The position numbers and the translations under genes are program-made. The notes under the pieces are model-generated. The model saw nothing but the letters and a program-made list of their open reading frames with translations. It made no database searches and was not told the origin of the DNA. From contig OX597817.1 in the NCBI GenBank assembly GCA_951406725.2, forward strand, positions 144,398,001 to 144,462,000: 64,000 nt of DNA, given 5' to 3'. Shown one piece after another: positions 24,850 to 38,898 of the stretch (position 1 is its first letter; each line of letters opens with the position of its first letter). Source of the stretch: Octopus vulgaris (Eukaryota).

Positions 24850-26506
24850 CATATATGCCTATATGTGTGCGCGTTAACGTATGACTGTGCATGTGTATCT
24901 GTTTAACCTGGTGTCATTGTGTATCACTTGAAGCCAGTGCTGATCTAGCAATTCGATAAATAGACATTGTTAAAACTTATATCAGAATTACTGAAATAAG
25001 TGTGGAGTCAATTGATAGGCTTAGCCTCCTTGTCAACAGCATCCTATCTTAGCTACAGTCAAATAAATGAAACCAGTTAAAGAAAAAATCAAATAAATAA
25101 ATGCTTTTCTGAAAAGCTTCCACGGTTAGAGTTAATAGCAACATCTTAATGGCGGAGATGACATTATTTTATTAGTATATATAATACGACCGTAGCCAGC
25201 ACTTCATTTTAATTTTATTTTTATCGTATTTTGGCGACTAATGTCTTCGAATTTAATGTATTGACAAACTACTAGTACCACTACTGCTGAGAGCATTCTG
25301 ACCTGTTGCATCTCACCATAGTTTTTGATATATGACGCAGTTTCATAGAAACTTCTTGGTGACATTGGTCTGAGTTTTTATCGGAGTGTGGAAACGAAAT
25401 GAGCAAGTTCGTATGATTTTGAATAAAAACTAGTAGAAGCAGTAGCAACAGCAGCAGTGTGGAAGCGCAATGGCCCATTGGTTAGGGCAGCGGACTTGCG
25501 GTCGTAAGAAAGCGGTTTCGATTCCCAGACCGGGCATTGTGAGTGTTAATTATTGAGCAAAAACACCTAAGCTCCACGAGGCTCCGACAGGGGTGCGGGT
25601 GAACCCCGCTGTACTCTTTCATTACAAGTTCTCCCACAAAGCAGAAGAACCATGGTGTAACCCACTATGGTGTAGTAAACTTTCAGACCCTAGTCTAGAT
25701 TATGAATCCTCTGTACCCCAGGATGGTTCAGCTCTCCACCCGTTAAAAGCCACCGTTTACGGAATAAGGATAACAACGTAGCTTTCGCGCTCGTGTAACC
25801 GCCAGTCTATTGCATGTGGTGGGTGGATCTTCAAGTTGCCACACGCATTCTTAGTAGCTTAGAGTGGGCTCGAATTAGAGATTATTCTTTGAGGCTAATG
25901 GCGTGAGCCCTGATTAGAAGAAGAAGACAGCAGCAGCAGTAGTAGTAGTATTAGCAGAAGTAGAAGTTGTTGGGTTTTTTTAACTCGTTGGAAGACCTAG
26001 ATTTATGTGTGCGGCTGTGGCTACCACGTTTTCTTGTTTTTGTTTTTTATTTATTTTTTTTCAGACATAGTCAATCTAGAATTATATTAACTGATCAGTC
26101 CTTCCTTCCGAAAGACAGTAGGAGGGGCCATAGAAAGAAAATTTAACTGCTTTTTCTAGCTGCTTGTGCAACAATGTAAAGGCTCCATATTCCATTCTTT
26201 ACGTTACCATTTAGTAGGTTTTAAACTGAATCCCATGGCATGTATTGGTTGGGTATTTTGACATTTATTACAATATGAAAGAGTGGCGGCCTATCCAAGA
26301 AAGAGTAGTTATCATTAATGCATCTAACGCCATGAAATTAGAGATGTATTGAGTCTTGTGAAGTTTTTCGGTCTGTTGATGGTCATTACATTATACTTCG
26401 GTGTTATTCGGTGGAAGAGGGTTAGTTAGAACGCATCGATACAGAACTTTGATATGAGTGCCGAAATGGTTGTTTAGAAAGACTCTCTTACTAAGCTCGC
26501 CACCTT

Positions 26507-26519
26507 AATGATGATGATG

Positions 26520-26586
<67 letters not shown>

Positions 26587-26620
26587 TAATAATAATAATA
26601 ATGATAATAATAATAATAAT
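26507..26620. repeat. (TAA)n microsatellite
   Basis: Directly visible. Confidence 0.95.
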
Positions 26621-26634
26621 AGTCGTTTTAGTTA

Positions 26635-27372
26635 GGGAAGTGATGGGCAACTGGAAGGCCCCGGGACCAGATGGAGTTCAAGGCTACTGGATTAAAAGTT
26701 TTGGTGAATGTCGTGCACAAATAGCTGCGCAACTCAATACCTTGTTAAATGCCGACTAAGCAACACCAGTGTTGTGCTTGAAAATCATCGAAAAAGGCAA
26801 TACAGTAGACAATTACAGGCCGATATCCTGCTTGCCACTTATGTGGAAATTATTGATGGAATAGCCGTAGAGTCAATGTACTGACGTCTGGAAAAAATGG
26901 AGTCCTGCCACATGAGCAGAATGGTTGCAAGCGTAAGTCCAGAGGTACCAAGGATCAACACATGGTAGAAAAAACTGTACTTATAGACTGCAAAAGGAGG
27001 AAAACTAACTTAGCCATGTAATGAATCGATTATCGTAAGACGTACGATATGATCCCACATTCTTGGATTATGGAACGTCCGAACCTATTTGGTATTGAAT
27101 CGACTCTTGGGTGATTGCTCGGATAAAAGTATGGCGAAGTGGAGGACGGAACTGACAGCATATAGAAGTTTAGGGGCAATAGAAATTAGGAAGGCATCTT
27201 CCAAGGAGACTGCCTGTCCCCACTGATTCTGAGGAAAGCAAAGGCTGGGTAAGTATGCAAAAGCCGCCAACAAAAAGTCAGCCACTTGTTATTCATGGTT
27301 GACCTCAAACTTTATGGTAAAGCTGAATCTCAAGTCAGTTCCCTCGTTGATACGGTGTATTCTTTCTGTGCT
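26635..27372 (+). mobile_element. R4/Dong-type RT fragment
   Basis: [88 protein letters not shown]. Confidence 0.88.
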
Positions 27373-27810
27373 GATCTATTGTTTCATCAAATTTATCGCA
27401 GAATCTACATTTAGGGTTAGAACCGTTTTGAAGAACGTTAGCCTGATAGTTTTTGGTGAGCAAGCTTTGATCTTGTGCCGCCAATATGAAACCTTCAGTC
27501 TCTGCTTTTAGTCCTGAGCTTCTCAATCACTGATGGGCTGTTACTTAGTTTACATCAGCATTTCAGCTTCGAAGTATATACTGTCTATGCAGGGGCTTCT
27601 AGCTCCACCACTCCACCAGATTGTTTCTGCCCGTTCTTTTAGCAGTCAGTTTGATCCGACTTTTTTTTTTCGTGACAGTGGTTTCAGGTTCTTCGTCTAA
27701 TTCAGGGTTAATGCTAAGTTCCCTTGCGAATTTGCAAGCTCCCATGACAGGAGAATGTGATTAGAAGTGAAGACAGCATGTTCTTTGTCTATCTCCTAAA
27801 CTTCTTGGAG
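27373..27810 (-). mobile_element. R4/Dong-type post-RT fragment in opposite orientation
   Basis: LRSSGLKAETEGFILAAQDQSLLTKNYQANVLQNGSNPKCRFCDKFDETIDQH. Confidence 0.85.
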
Positions 27811-27995
27811 ATTTTAAGTAAAATTAAACTAATGTGCCCATCTGTTTTAATTTAATTAAATTCTATGCCTTTGTTCAGCTGAGGATTGCTCTGCATTTAA
27901 ATTGATGTAATGGTTGCATTGTTCAATTAAATGGAGTTGCGTGAAACGATCGTACTGCATTACATTTGGATATCCTTGTTGCTTATTTTGAGATA

Positions 27996-28031
<36 letters not shown>

Positions 28032-28035
<4 letters not shown>

Positions 28036-28240
28036 ATCCAAACATGAAAACACAAAGAGAAAACACAACAACGCGGGGACGTGGGACAAATATAGTGTTA
28101 TTGGACGCTCAGGAAAGGAAAGAAAGAAGGAGGATTTAACGTTTCGAGCAGAGCTCTTCGTCAGAAACATAGAAAAAGGAAAGGTCCAAGGAAGGGAAGA
28201 CGGAGGGAAAAAAATCACCAACGATACACACGCGGTCACA
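28032..28240 (-). mobile_element. ~205-bp HHR element (HHR 28135-28167)
   Basis: Minus: ttt-CTGACGA-A-GAGC tct GCTC-GAAA-cg-TT-aaa; near-identical to 46618-46822; abuts (TA)n. Confidence 0.8.
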
Positions 28241-28689
28241 TGCTTCAGGACAAAGCGTCGGTCGAGTACAGAACATAAAAACTAATTAAAATAACATAAT
28301 TTCTTAGCCGCTTGTCATTTTACTTCCTTATATGGTTGTGTATGTGTGTGTATGTGTGTGTGTGAGTGTGTGTGTGTGTGTGTGTGCGTGCGTGTGTTTG
28401 TGAGTGAGTATGTATATATATTTATATTTATATTTACTCACACACAAACACATCAGTATCGGTTGTGTTTCCATAAAAGCAATATCCTGTAATTAGATAC
28501 CATGAGGAGGGTATAGGGTGGTACAGGAGCTGTTAATTAGAATAAGAATTATTGTGCTGATCATAATGATAAGACAGAAAAACTCATGGCATGATAGGAG
28601 GGCACTTTGGGAGCTTAAAATCAATTTAAAATGTTTGTATAATGAAACATAAAACGTTTTGTAAACCAATTGGTTTCCGTTTTTATTAA

Positions 28690-29080
28690 TCAGCCAGTCT
28701 ATGTCGCATACAGTTGCGCCTCGAGCGATAGTTCTCCTTCAGTGTGTCCGATAGGTTGCATGTTCTGGTTTCTCAGAAGCTGTCTGTTAACACCTTTCAG
28801 ATCCTCTTAACGCTATATGACCCGTGGTTCGCTGTTTTCTCTTTCCTCCTCTTGCTGCCCGTCGCAAGCTGCTTTTTTGTATTCTGATTATCTGGCTGTT
28901 ACATACCTTAACCAATCAATCGCATTCTTCATTTTGTTACCATATCTTGAAGTCTTCCCGACAGAGTTCTTCTTCAGATTTCTACATTTTTGATATGGTT
29001 ATGATTCAAAATTCTTAGAGTTTTCTACAAGCACTTTTCGTAAAAGACATCCGTCGCGAACATTGCTCTGTGTTTGGCGA
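28690..29080 (-). mobile_element. Old RTE-like LINE 3' end
   Basis: Minus: KCL*KTLRILNHNHIKNVEI*RRT..QDMVTK*RMRLIG..QPDNQNTKK. Confidence 0.6.
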
Positions 29081-29944
29081 ATAAGAACTCATTTTCACAC
29101 TTTCAACATACACACCATACGGACTCAACTCCCACACTCTCTCTCCCTTTAAAATACACATTATCATCCCACACGCATATGACACGTATATACATACTCA
29201 GTCATACCCACCTGCACCTAGATATACATACAACCGAATAAAGACTAAGTGGAGACCGACGAATAGAGGCGAATAATACCCTGATGTTACACATGCTGCA
29301 ATAACTTTCTTATATTTAAATTTATTCCAGTCCTTCTGATTAATGCTGTGAATATTTTATGCTATGCCTAAAATACATATTATTTAAGATATATATTATT
29401 TAAAATTGCTCTACGTTCTTTTGATTGAAAAATAGACTGGCAAGTCATTCCTGTCAGACATTACGCCTCTGCTGTGCTATCAAAAAATACGTCGCAATCA
29501 ACGCATACCTGTAATTTTCTTGCAAGGTAATTACGTCGCCATGGGAAAAACATCATTGGTATATTTAAAGTTCATCGTCATGCTTTTTATCTGCAGAGTA
29601 AACACATCGCTAGACATTTGTTTAAAGTTTTTATTTGCAGAATATATATACGTCACATTTCATTAACAAAGAAAAATGAATTTATTTCAAAGGCAAATAA
29701 ATATTAATATAAAATATATTTACTCAACAGATACATGAAAAAAAAAATCAAGTTGCGTTTGTAATAGAATCATAAAAAACTGCAGTAAAAAATATAACAC
29801 TATCTTAAAATGGCGGAAAGAGGAAACATTCTAAAAATATAAATTATGAGCAATGCCTCGTAAATAATCCAATATTTGTGATTTTGAAGATTCTTTGAGT
29901 TGAATTTCTTAGTGAATTATTTATATATTTATTTTGTTACATAT

Positions 29945-30626
29945 CTAAGTCATTGAAGTTGCGACCATGCTGGAGCACTCCCTTGTAAGACTTGAGTCGA
30001 ACAAATCGACCCGAGTGCTTATGTTTTCTTTTAAGTCTGTTACTTAAAAGAGACTCTATCGGTCTCTTTTGCCGGACTATTAATGAGCGGGGTCGTAAAC
30101 AAACCAACACCAGCGGTCAAGCTGTGGGGATGGGTGACAAACACAGACATAAGCATACACACACACACTCATATATATATATGTATATATATATATACGC
30201 GTATATATAAACATATATATACATATGGGTATATATATACACATATATATATACACATAAATGCATATACATACAAACATACATACGTATGTATACATAT
30301 GTATGCATATATGTATGAAACCACATGGTTTCAGGTTCAGTCCCACCACGCGGAACATTTTGGGCCAATGCTTTTTGTGTGTATTTGGTTGACGGGAATC
30401 GTGCGGAAGCCTGTCATATAACATATGATATATGACAGGCTTCCGCACAATTCCCGTCAACCAAGTATACACAAAAAGCATTGGCCCAAAATGTTCCGCG
30501 CGGTGGGACTGAACCTGAAACCATGTGGTTTCATACATACATACATACATACATACATACAACATACATGCATACATATATACACATATATATATATATG
30601 TATGTATATGCATTTATGTGTATACG

Positions 30627-30657
<31 letters not shown>

Positions 30658-30738
30658 ATGCATTTATGTGTATATGTATATATGTATGTATGTATGTATA
30701 TGCATTTATGTGTATATGTATATATATACCCATATGTA

Positions 30739-30771
<33 letters not shown>

Positions 30772-30900
30772 GATATATGACAGGCTTCCGCACAATTTCC
30801 GTCAACCAAATACACACAAAAAGCATTGGCCCAAAGTGCTCCGCGCGGTGGGACTGAACTTGAAACCACGTGGTTGCAAAGCGAGCTTAGCTACACAACC
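29945..30900. mobile_element. SINE B-related copies rearranged as a fold-back (centre ~30423) plus tandem duplication
   Basis: 30175-30420 inverted against 30428-30770; third head copy at 30772-30900. Confidence 0.75.
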
Positions 30901-30933
30901 TATCGTAATATTTCTTTCTTTTTTTTTTTCCTT

Positions 30934-31410
30934 AAGGCGGCAAGCTGGCAGTAACGTTAGCACGCCGGGCGAAATGCTTAGCGGTATTTCGTCTGCCGTT
31001 ACGTTGTGAGTTCAAATTCCGCCGAGGTCGACTTTGCCTTTCATCCTTTCGGGGTCGATAAATTAAGTACCAGTTACGCACTGGGGTCGATGTAATCGAC
31101 TTAATACCTATGTTTGTCCTTGTTTGTCCCCTCTGTGTTTAGCCCCTTGTGGGTAATAAAGAAATAGGTATTTCGTCCGTCTCTACGTTCTGAGTTCAAA
31201 TTCCGCCGAGGTCGACTTTGCCTTTCATGCTTTCGGCGTCGATTAAATAAGTACCAGTTACGCACTGGGGTCGATATAATCGACTTGATCCGTTTGTCTG
31301 TCCTTGTTTGTCCCGTCTGTGTATAGCCCCTTGTGGGCAGTAAAGAGATAACAAACGTTAGCATGCCGGGCGAAATGTTCAGCGGTATTTCGTCTTTACG
31401 TTCAATTTCT
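30934..31410 (+). mobile_element. SINE family A tandem multimer
   Basis: aaggcggcaagctggcag head, then body repeated through the aaagaaatag|gtatttcgtc junction. Confidence 0.85.
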
Positions 31411-33034
31411 ACCGAATAGAGTAGAAAAGAATATTTCTTTTTCCTTTTATCGATATAAAATTTCTACACCGACTTTAAGCTGTTTTATTATGAATTCTTT
31501 TCTTCATTCTTCTTTTCGAAGATTTCTGAAAAATATCTAGACCGTAAAGTCGGATTCCTCGATCGATCTGCTGAATGATCGATGCTAGCTTTCTTATGAA
31601 TGGTTTATCTTGAAGTCCTTCATGAGTTGCAGCAAAACTATTCTAAAGTGTACGATCGAAGCGAGAAGGTCAGCGTACTTGGCGACGCTTTGGACTTTCA
31701 TTCTACCATTTCCTCCATTTATTTCACGACTGGCTGCGTTTCTTCGGAGAACCCATTATTTTCTCACAAATATTGCAAGAGATAAAAGCATTTAAGACAG
31801 ACGCGAATGCAATAGCTACAATCATGCACATCTTTAACACAAGTTCTGCATAATTTGTATACATAGTTATTGTAGACCTTTTATTTAAATGAACGAAAGT
31901 GGTGGTGGTGGTGGTAATGGTGGAAACCAACTTTAATATCTTGAATTCAGAAGAATCGCTCTAAAAATATCATTCCCTCCCATTCATAATCTGATGTAAT
32001 CATGTAAAGAGATGAGGTTCGCTCCAAGAATTTCATTTCTAAGGAAAGCCTTTTGTGACAACTCTCTTCAGTTCTGGCTATTGCAACATCGGCGAAAGAC
32101 TAAACATCGCATTCATGATGCCATCTACCGTTAAACTGATTGGATAAAAATGGAACCGTCCTGACAATTTTAACCGTATACCAGCATTTTGCATTCAGTG
32201 GATCTATGATCAAATCCACTCCATCCATGACTATCTCTCATATTTCTTTCAAACATTCGGACTGCGTTATCCAAAGTAGCTTTTTGATTTTTTTTTTTTT
32301 TTTTTTTTTGTAAAAGTGGTACGGTGTAATTTGAGAGAGATTTGGCTGGAAGAAATAGTAACTAAGTTCTTGGGGTCCGCTATTACACAAAGTGCAAGGA
32401 TACCTTCCTACATTCTATTGTGTAGAAGAAAATAAATAAATAATAATAATAATTTCAAATTTTTGCCACAAGGACAGCTTGGGGGAGGTGGGGATGAGTC
32501 GATTACATCTACCCCAGTGTTCAACTGGTACTTAATTTATCGACCCCTAAAGGATGAAAGGCAAAGTCGACCTCGGCGGAATTTGAACTTAGAACGTAGC
32601 GACGGACGAAATACCGCTAATATATAAATACGACGGGCTTCTTTCAGTTTCCGTCTACCAAATCCAATCACAAGGCTTAAGTTGGCCCGGGGCTATAGTA
32701 GAAGACATTTGTCCAAGGTGCCATGCAGTAGGACTGAACCCGGAACCATGCGGTTGAAAAGCAAGCTTCTTACCACACAGCCACGCCTATCCAGCCTCCC
32801 GCCTTCTAAATAAGTAGTAATAATAATAATTAAGTAGATGTGAATTTATCACCTTGAATAATCCCATCGACCCCCAGCGGTTAATATCGACCACTTTGGA
32901 GACCCGTGGTTTAGCACAATACTGCTTGGGTTACGATGCAGTGATGTGTCTCCTCACTTTTGAACGCTTTTTACAGATGAAAAATTGATCAATTCGCTGG
33001 TCTCATTACCAGCAATATTACACACATCGTTATA

Positions 33035-33255
33035 AATATAATAATGAAATTATTGTATATAGTGCTCAGGTGCACCACAACTTGTCAAAAGTGCGCATAA
33101 AGCATATGCAGTAATGTACAAATGTCTGGGAAGTGAACAGTGTATGAGTCAGATACATGCTTGCGTGTGTATGGAGGGGAGAAAATCAGGTGTAGTGTTG
33201 GCGAATCTCAGGCAAGATAGAAGTTTTGAAGGATGCAGTGCTCTTTCAGTGCTCA
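33035..33255 (-). mobile_element. Probable LINE (CR1/L2-like) 3' end fragment
   Basis: Minus: LHPSKLLSCLRFANTTPDF followed by a UTR ending tgcacctgagcactatatacaataatttcattat. Confidence 0.4.
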
Positions 33256-33589
33256 GTTATTTGGTAATGGTATCTTCCTCTGAATGGAGACAATGAATTT
33301 ACAGAAAACACCCCATTGTAAATGAGAGTCAGAGACGGAATGTCTCAATGGCGTTCAAATTGCTTGGGAGATGATTTGAGGGAGATTTGGCTGCTATTTC
33401 TCTCAGACAAATTTCCCACATATCACAATCTATCATTTTTCTTTTTTTGCAAAAAGGATACCTTATTAGATTATGCAATTTGAATGTAAACATTATCTGA
33501 TGAAATATGCGAGATGGTCATGGATGGAATCCATTTCATCAGAGATCCACTAAATCAGGACAACTTGGGTCCACCAGCACCACCACCAC

Positions 33590-33960
33590 CAAACACATAC
33601 AACACACATACAAACACACAATACACACACACGACATACACAAACTCATATACACACACAAACACACAAACTCATATATACACACAAACACACACACATA
33701 CACAAACTCATATACACACACAAACATACACACATACACAAACTCATATACACACACAAACACACATACACAAACTCATATACACACACATACACACACA
33801 AACACATACACAAACTCATATACACACACATACACACAATACACACACACGACATACACACGCACCCAAACACCAACATAACCACACACAACACATACAC
33901 ACATACACATAACATACACATACATACAGCATCCACACAGCCACACACACTCACACACAT
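33590..33960. repeat. CA-rich minisatellite (unit containing acaaactcatatacacac)
   Basis: Directly visible. Confidence 0.9.
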
Positions 33961-34083
33961 TATCATTTGATACCTTTGTGGTATGTGACTAATTAACTAA
34001 TTAATTAACTGATTAGTCATTACTAAATATTGGTGAATAACAAAAGTAACCGGAAAATGTAGTAACAAAACCGTTTATAATAT

Positions 34084-34485
34084 AGGCGCAGACGTGGCTG
34101 TGTGGTAAGAAGCTTGCTTCCCAACCACATGGTTTCGGGTTCAGTACCACTCCGTGGCACCTTGGACAAGTGTCTTTTATTATAGCCTCGAATCAACCAA
34201 AACTTTCTGAGTGGATTTGGTGGACGGAAACTGAAAAGAAGCCTGTCGTGTGAGTGTGTGTGTGTTTGTGCCTCTTTGTGTCTGTGTTTGTCCCCCACCA
34301 CCGCTTGACAACCGGTGTTGATGCGTTTACGTCTACGTAAATTAGCGGTTCGACAAAAGGCTCCGATAGAATAAGGAGCAGGCTTAATAAACAAATACAG
34401 ACTGGGAGTCAATTTGTTCGCCTAAAACCCTTCGAGGTGGTGCCCCAGCATAGCCGCAGTCCAATGACTGAAACAAGTAAAAAGA
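34084..34485 (+). mobile_element. SINE family B, near full length
   Basis: Head aggcgcagacgtggctgtgtggtaagaagcttgc...ggttcagtaccac, internal (TG)n, tail gactgaaacaagtaaaaaga; other copies at 35250-35690 (-), 44255-44677 (-), 61850-62345 (-). Confidence 0.85.
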
Positions 34486-35920
34486 AGTACAAGGCCTGAA
34501 ATTTTGGCGACGAGTGGATAAGGGTCTGTTACAACGACCCCAGGGCTCAACTGGTATGTATTTTATCAACTCTGAAAGGAATGAAAGACAGTATTTGAAC
34601 TCCAAACCTAAAGACGAACTAAATGCCGCTAAGCATTTTTGCCCCTCGTACTAGCGATTCTGCCAGCTCGCCGCCTTATTTGTAGTGTCAAATAACATGA
34701 AATAAAGTATTATATTTAACATAAGCATGAGGCTTGACTTTGTCTGGTCTGGTCTGGTCTGGTCTGGTTTGACCTGCTCTGGTCTGGTCTGGTCTGGTTT
34801 AGTCTGGCCTGGTCTGGCCCGGCCTGTCTTATTAGAAAACTGAATTTCACAGTTAACACTTGATAACTCTTAATGTCTTGTTAAATCAGCAGTTCTCAAA
34901 CGGAATAAATACTAATTACCCCAGTTCCAGCCCCACCCCACCACCATGCTTATCAAAAGGATTTGTAAATTTTTTTACGCTCAAATCTTTATTAATGGTC
35001 AAAAAGGACCAAATAATAAAATAAAGTGGGTTTACATTCACACGATTCTTCTTTCTTTGCAATGTTATCGGTAACGTTTCATAGATTTAAAAACTATAAT
35101 TCTTCCTGAATCTATTCCATCTCAATCACAGATTTTTTAATTGTTTTTTTTTTTTATCTAAACAGTTTGAAATTTAACCATGTGGTTGAAAAGCAAACTT
35201 CTTGCCACACGGCCCCGCCTGCGCCCTTATCTTTTATATTTTATCTTTTACGCGTTTCAGTCATTAGACTGCGGCCATGCTGGGGCACTGCCTTGAAGAA
35301 TTTTTTGTCAAATGACTCAGTACTTTTTATAAGCCTGGTACTTATTCTATTGCTTTCTTTTGTCGAACCGCTAGGCTACAGGGACGTAAACACACCAACA
35401 TCTGCTCTCAAGCGGTAGTGGGACACATACACTCACACACACACGCACACACATACACACACACACGCACGCACGCACACACATACACACACACAAACAC
35501 ACACACACATATATATATATACAACGGGCTTCTTTCAGTTTCCATCTACCAAATCCACTCACAAGGCTTTGGTCGGCCGAAGGCTATAGCTGAACTGAAG
35601 ACACTTGCCCAATGTACCACGCAGTGGGTCTGAACCCGGAACCATGTGGTTGGGAACCAAATTCTTACCACATAGGCACGCCTACGCCTATATATGGTTG
35701 ATAAAAAAATAAAAGCTGCATAATTTAAATCAAATTTGGTGCAAAAGAAAATATTGCGCAAAATAGGTTTTCTAAGAAGTGTTAATTCCTCACCATATCG
35801 TGGTTAACCAAATCGCAGTTTATTGTTTAAGCTTACCTCGATTCCTCCGTGGTGTTGTTTTGCATTTATAATAAAATCAATATACACAAATTATAAAAAT
35901 AATAATAAAAGATATACAGT

Positions 35921-36014
35921 ACAGTACTATTTCTACTTCGCGGATTTCCACTTATCGCGGGGCGTGGGGGGGGGGGCTGGAACGTAGCATCCGCGATAGT
36001 CGAGGAATAACTGT
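35921..36014. mobile_element. Tc1/pogo-type MITE
   Basis: TA-cagtactatttctacttcgcgga ... tccgcgatagtcgaggaataactg-TA imperfect TIRs. Confidence 0.55.
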
Positions 36015-36107
36015 ATTTTTTCTTATCTGAAAGTAATAACGATGAGTACGAATATGTAAAAAGAGAAATATTTTTTTTCAAATAAATATGTGCGTAGTTG
36101 TCTACAC

Positions 36108-36200
36108 CAGCGTTTTTTCAAACTGTGGGTCTCGGCCTCTCAGTGGGTCGCGAGAAAAATAAATATAATGGGTCGCGACAAAAAAGTTTGAAAAACGCTG
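36108..36200. mobile_element. hAT/Charlie-like MITE
   Basis: TIRs cagcgttttttcaaact / agtttgaaaaacgctg. Confidence 0.7.
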
Positions 36201-36353
36201 GTTTATGCAATAACAAATGAATCTAAAGTAATTTAAACCTCGTAAAAACTAAGTTTTAACATCCTCCTTGACTCCGCTGTGACATGTCAGCGATCAAGCA
36301 AATTTTAACATGCTTATTCTCTCTCCTTCTGTCTGTCTGTCTCTGTTTCTGTC

Positions 36354-36409
<56 letters not shown>

Positions 36410-37217
36410 TTTCCCTCACTATCACTTTCTTCTTTCTCTTTCTCCCGCTCCCTCACTTTCTCTTTCTCTCTCCCTCTTCCTCTCTTTCTCGCTTTCTCTC
36501 TCTCCTTCTTTCTCTCTACATATATATGTATATATATCTTTTATATCTATGTCTTTCTCTGTTTATCATCTATCTTTTTCTGTGCGGCCATATTACTTAC
36601 TCGGTACCTGTCACACACTAGTAATAAGACATCACAAAAGATTGCCTGTGTTGTTGACACAGATAATAATAAAAAAGAAAATAATGCATGTTATTGAATG
36701 TCATTGCATTACAGATTAAGTTAAATCTGCAACTAAGAAAATATCATGTTTTATCCATGTCGGGGAACAATAGACAGACAGATGTATATAAAGTTAAGTC
36801 CCAGCTATCATCTTTCAAGGACAAATACTTACAAAGCCCCAGAGTAATGGAAAAGATTTTCGTTTCTTTGACTCGACTGTTTGTAACACGTTTTCGTTTT
36901 CATGACGAAATTACTGGACGAATACCACGTCGAGTTGTTTAATAATAATGTTGATGCAGGAGGGAATAGATAATGCATTTAGAACAAACGAACGCACGTA
37001 CGCACACACTTACGCGTGTGTGAATTTTCATGTTTGCTTTTCTTTTGCAGAGTTACATATGAAAACAATTCAACATTAAAATGAAGAATTACTCAATACT
37101 TTTCATTAGAGTATATCCGTTTATAATGGAGAACAAATCGGAACTTCGAAATCAGTCACCCTTTGCCTTGTAAGATTTTATATTTATTTATTTCATTTTG
37201 TGTCAGCATCGTTTGTA

Positions 37218-38676
37218 CACTGAACCGCCAAAGAAACGCGAGACGTGTGAGACTGTGAAATATGTTTTAATTTCATTATGTCGGAGATAAATTTTGATAA
37301 ATCTGATAAAGTCAATATCATGGATACACTTTGACCATAGTCTACGAGTCGTTGTCATGTGTTCCGGCAGTGGGTGGATCCAGCACATCGAGATTGCAGG
37401 GTGTGACTTGTTCAATACCGTGTATGCCCTCACTGGATGTTCAAAACGGCCATACACCGTCGGTACATGGAGTGCATGAGGCGGTTCACAAAAGCCATTG
37501 GCACCTGTGCCCACACCCTGAGGAAAGCTGCCTCCAGTTACACACGAGTTAGTTCAGCCGTCTCTGGATTTCATCCCACAAGTGTTGAATTGGGTTCAAA
37601 TCCGGGCTGAGAGCAGGCCACAGCATGGTTCTGATATCGTGCTGACGCAGGACGTCCATCGGGGACCCTGGCCGTGTGGGAGAGAGCATTGTCCTGCTGG
37701 AATACGTGGCTATGGTGACACGCGAAGAAGGGCGCGATGTGAGGTCTAAGGATCTGGTCAACGTAGCGCTACGCCGTGATGCCATTCCCTCTGCCTGCAC
37801 CAGCATTTTGGAACACGTGGAGCCCGATCCTCTAATTCAGGCCTATAGCACTCCAAACTGTGATTTTTTTGGCCACCCCACGCGTCTCTCTCCATAACAC
37901 ATGCGTCTCTATGGCCACACCCTAACTCTGCCATCCGAGATGAAACGCAGTACCGGCTCTCGTCACAGAAGACTATTGACCTCCATTGTCGATGCCGCCA
38001 ATATCGGTGCTGTGTAACCCACTGTAGTCGTGCCTGGCGGTGGTGGGCGGTGAGGGCAGGCCGTCGAGCAAGACGACGGCAACGCAGGTTGTTGGCGCAG
38101 ATTGTCGTCGCTCATGGGTTGCTGTCCAGTGCCAATGGTCTGAAGCGATCACGGTGTTGCAGGTGGATGAAGCGGTCCTGCCTGGGCATGGTCACTCGGA
38201 GGCGCCCTCAGTGGCCACAATCTGCATTGCTGTTGGTGTTGATGTATCGCTGTTGCAGGCGATTGATGGTGCTGACATGGACATTGTAAGCTTTCGCAAC
38301 AACCAGGGCACACTACCCTGCTTGCAATCAGCCGATAGCTTGTTCTCTCTGCGCTGCTGACAATCAGGTCACACCTGATCTGTAGAAGTTACGAACGCCG
38401 TTCAAGCTGATTTTAATACCTATAACCTCTACGAGATGCACGTGCATATCTGGTGTATCAGTTTTCATGACAATTGTTTTCATGACAATTGCCACCCACA
38501 GCACTCGATGCAGCTGCATTTTGGCATCTCATTTCAGGGAAAGTCGAAAGGTTACCTGCAATTTGGGTCTCGCCCATAAACCAGCATATTTACACTTACA
38601 TCCGCGAAATAAATTTTCAGAATTTACCATATAAAAATGACATTTGGAAAAATTGCGTTTCTTTTTCGGTTCAGTG
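37218..38676 (-). mobile_element. Tc1-family DNA transposon with both TIRs and TA target duplication; transposase disrupted
   Basis: TA|cactgaaccgccaaagaaacgc ... gcgtttctttttcggttcagtg|TA; minus strand RAIG*LQAG, FCDESRYC, WPALSPDLNPIQHLWDEI. Confidence 0.92.
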
Positions 38677-38699
38677 TATGTGTTGTGTATGTGTTTGTA

Positions 38700-38776
<77 letters not shown>

Positions 38777-38898
38777 GTGTGTCTGTCCGTGTGTCTGCTG
38801 ACTGACTGGCTGGCTGTCTATCCATCTATCTAATCACTTTATCTGTCTGTCTGTCTGTCTGTTTGGCTGGCTATCCATCCATCCATCCATCTGCTTGG

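Noticed and set aside
25865-25910. HDV-like ribozyme around the gggctc/gagccc hairpin (also tried at 3568-3660)
   Set aside because: Could not build the full nested double pseudoknot by eye
31560-31800. Possible coding exon in unique sequence
   Set aside because: Only ~60-aa ORFs in several frames, with no motif and no clear splice pair
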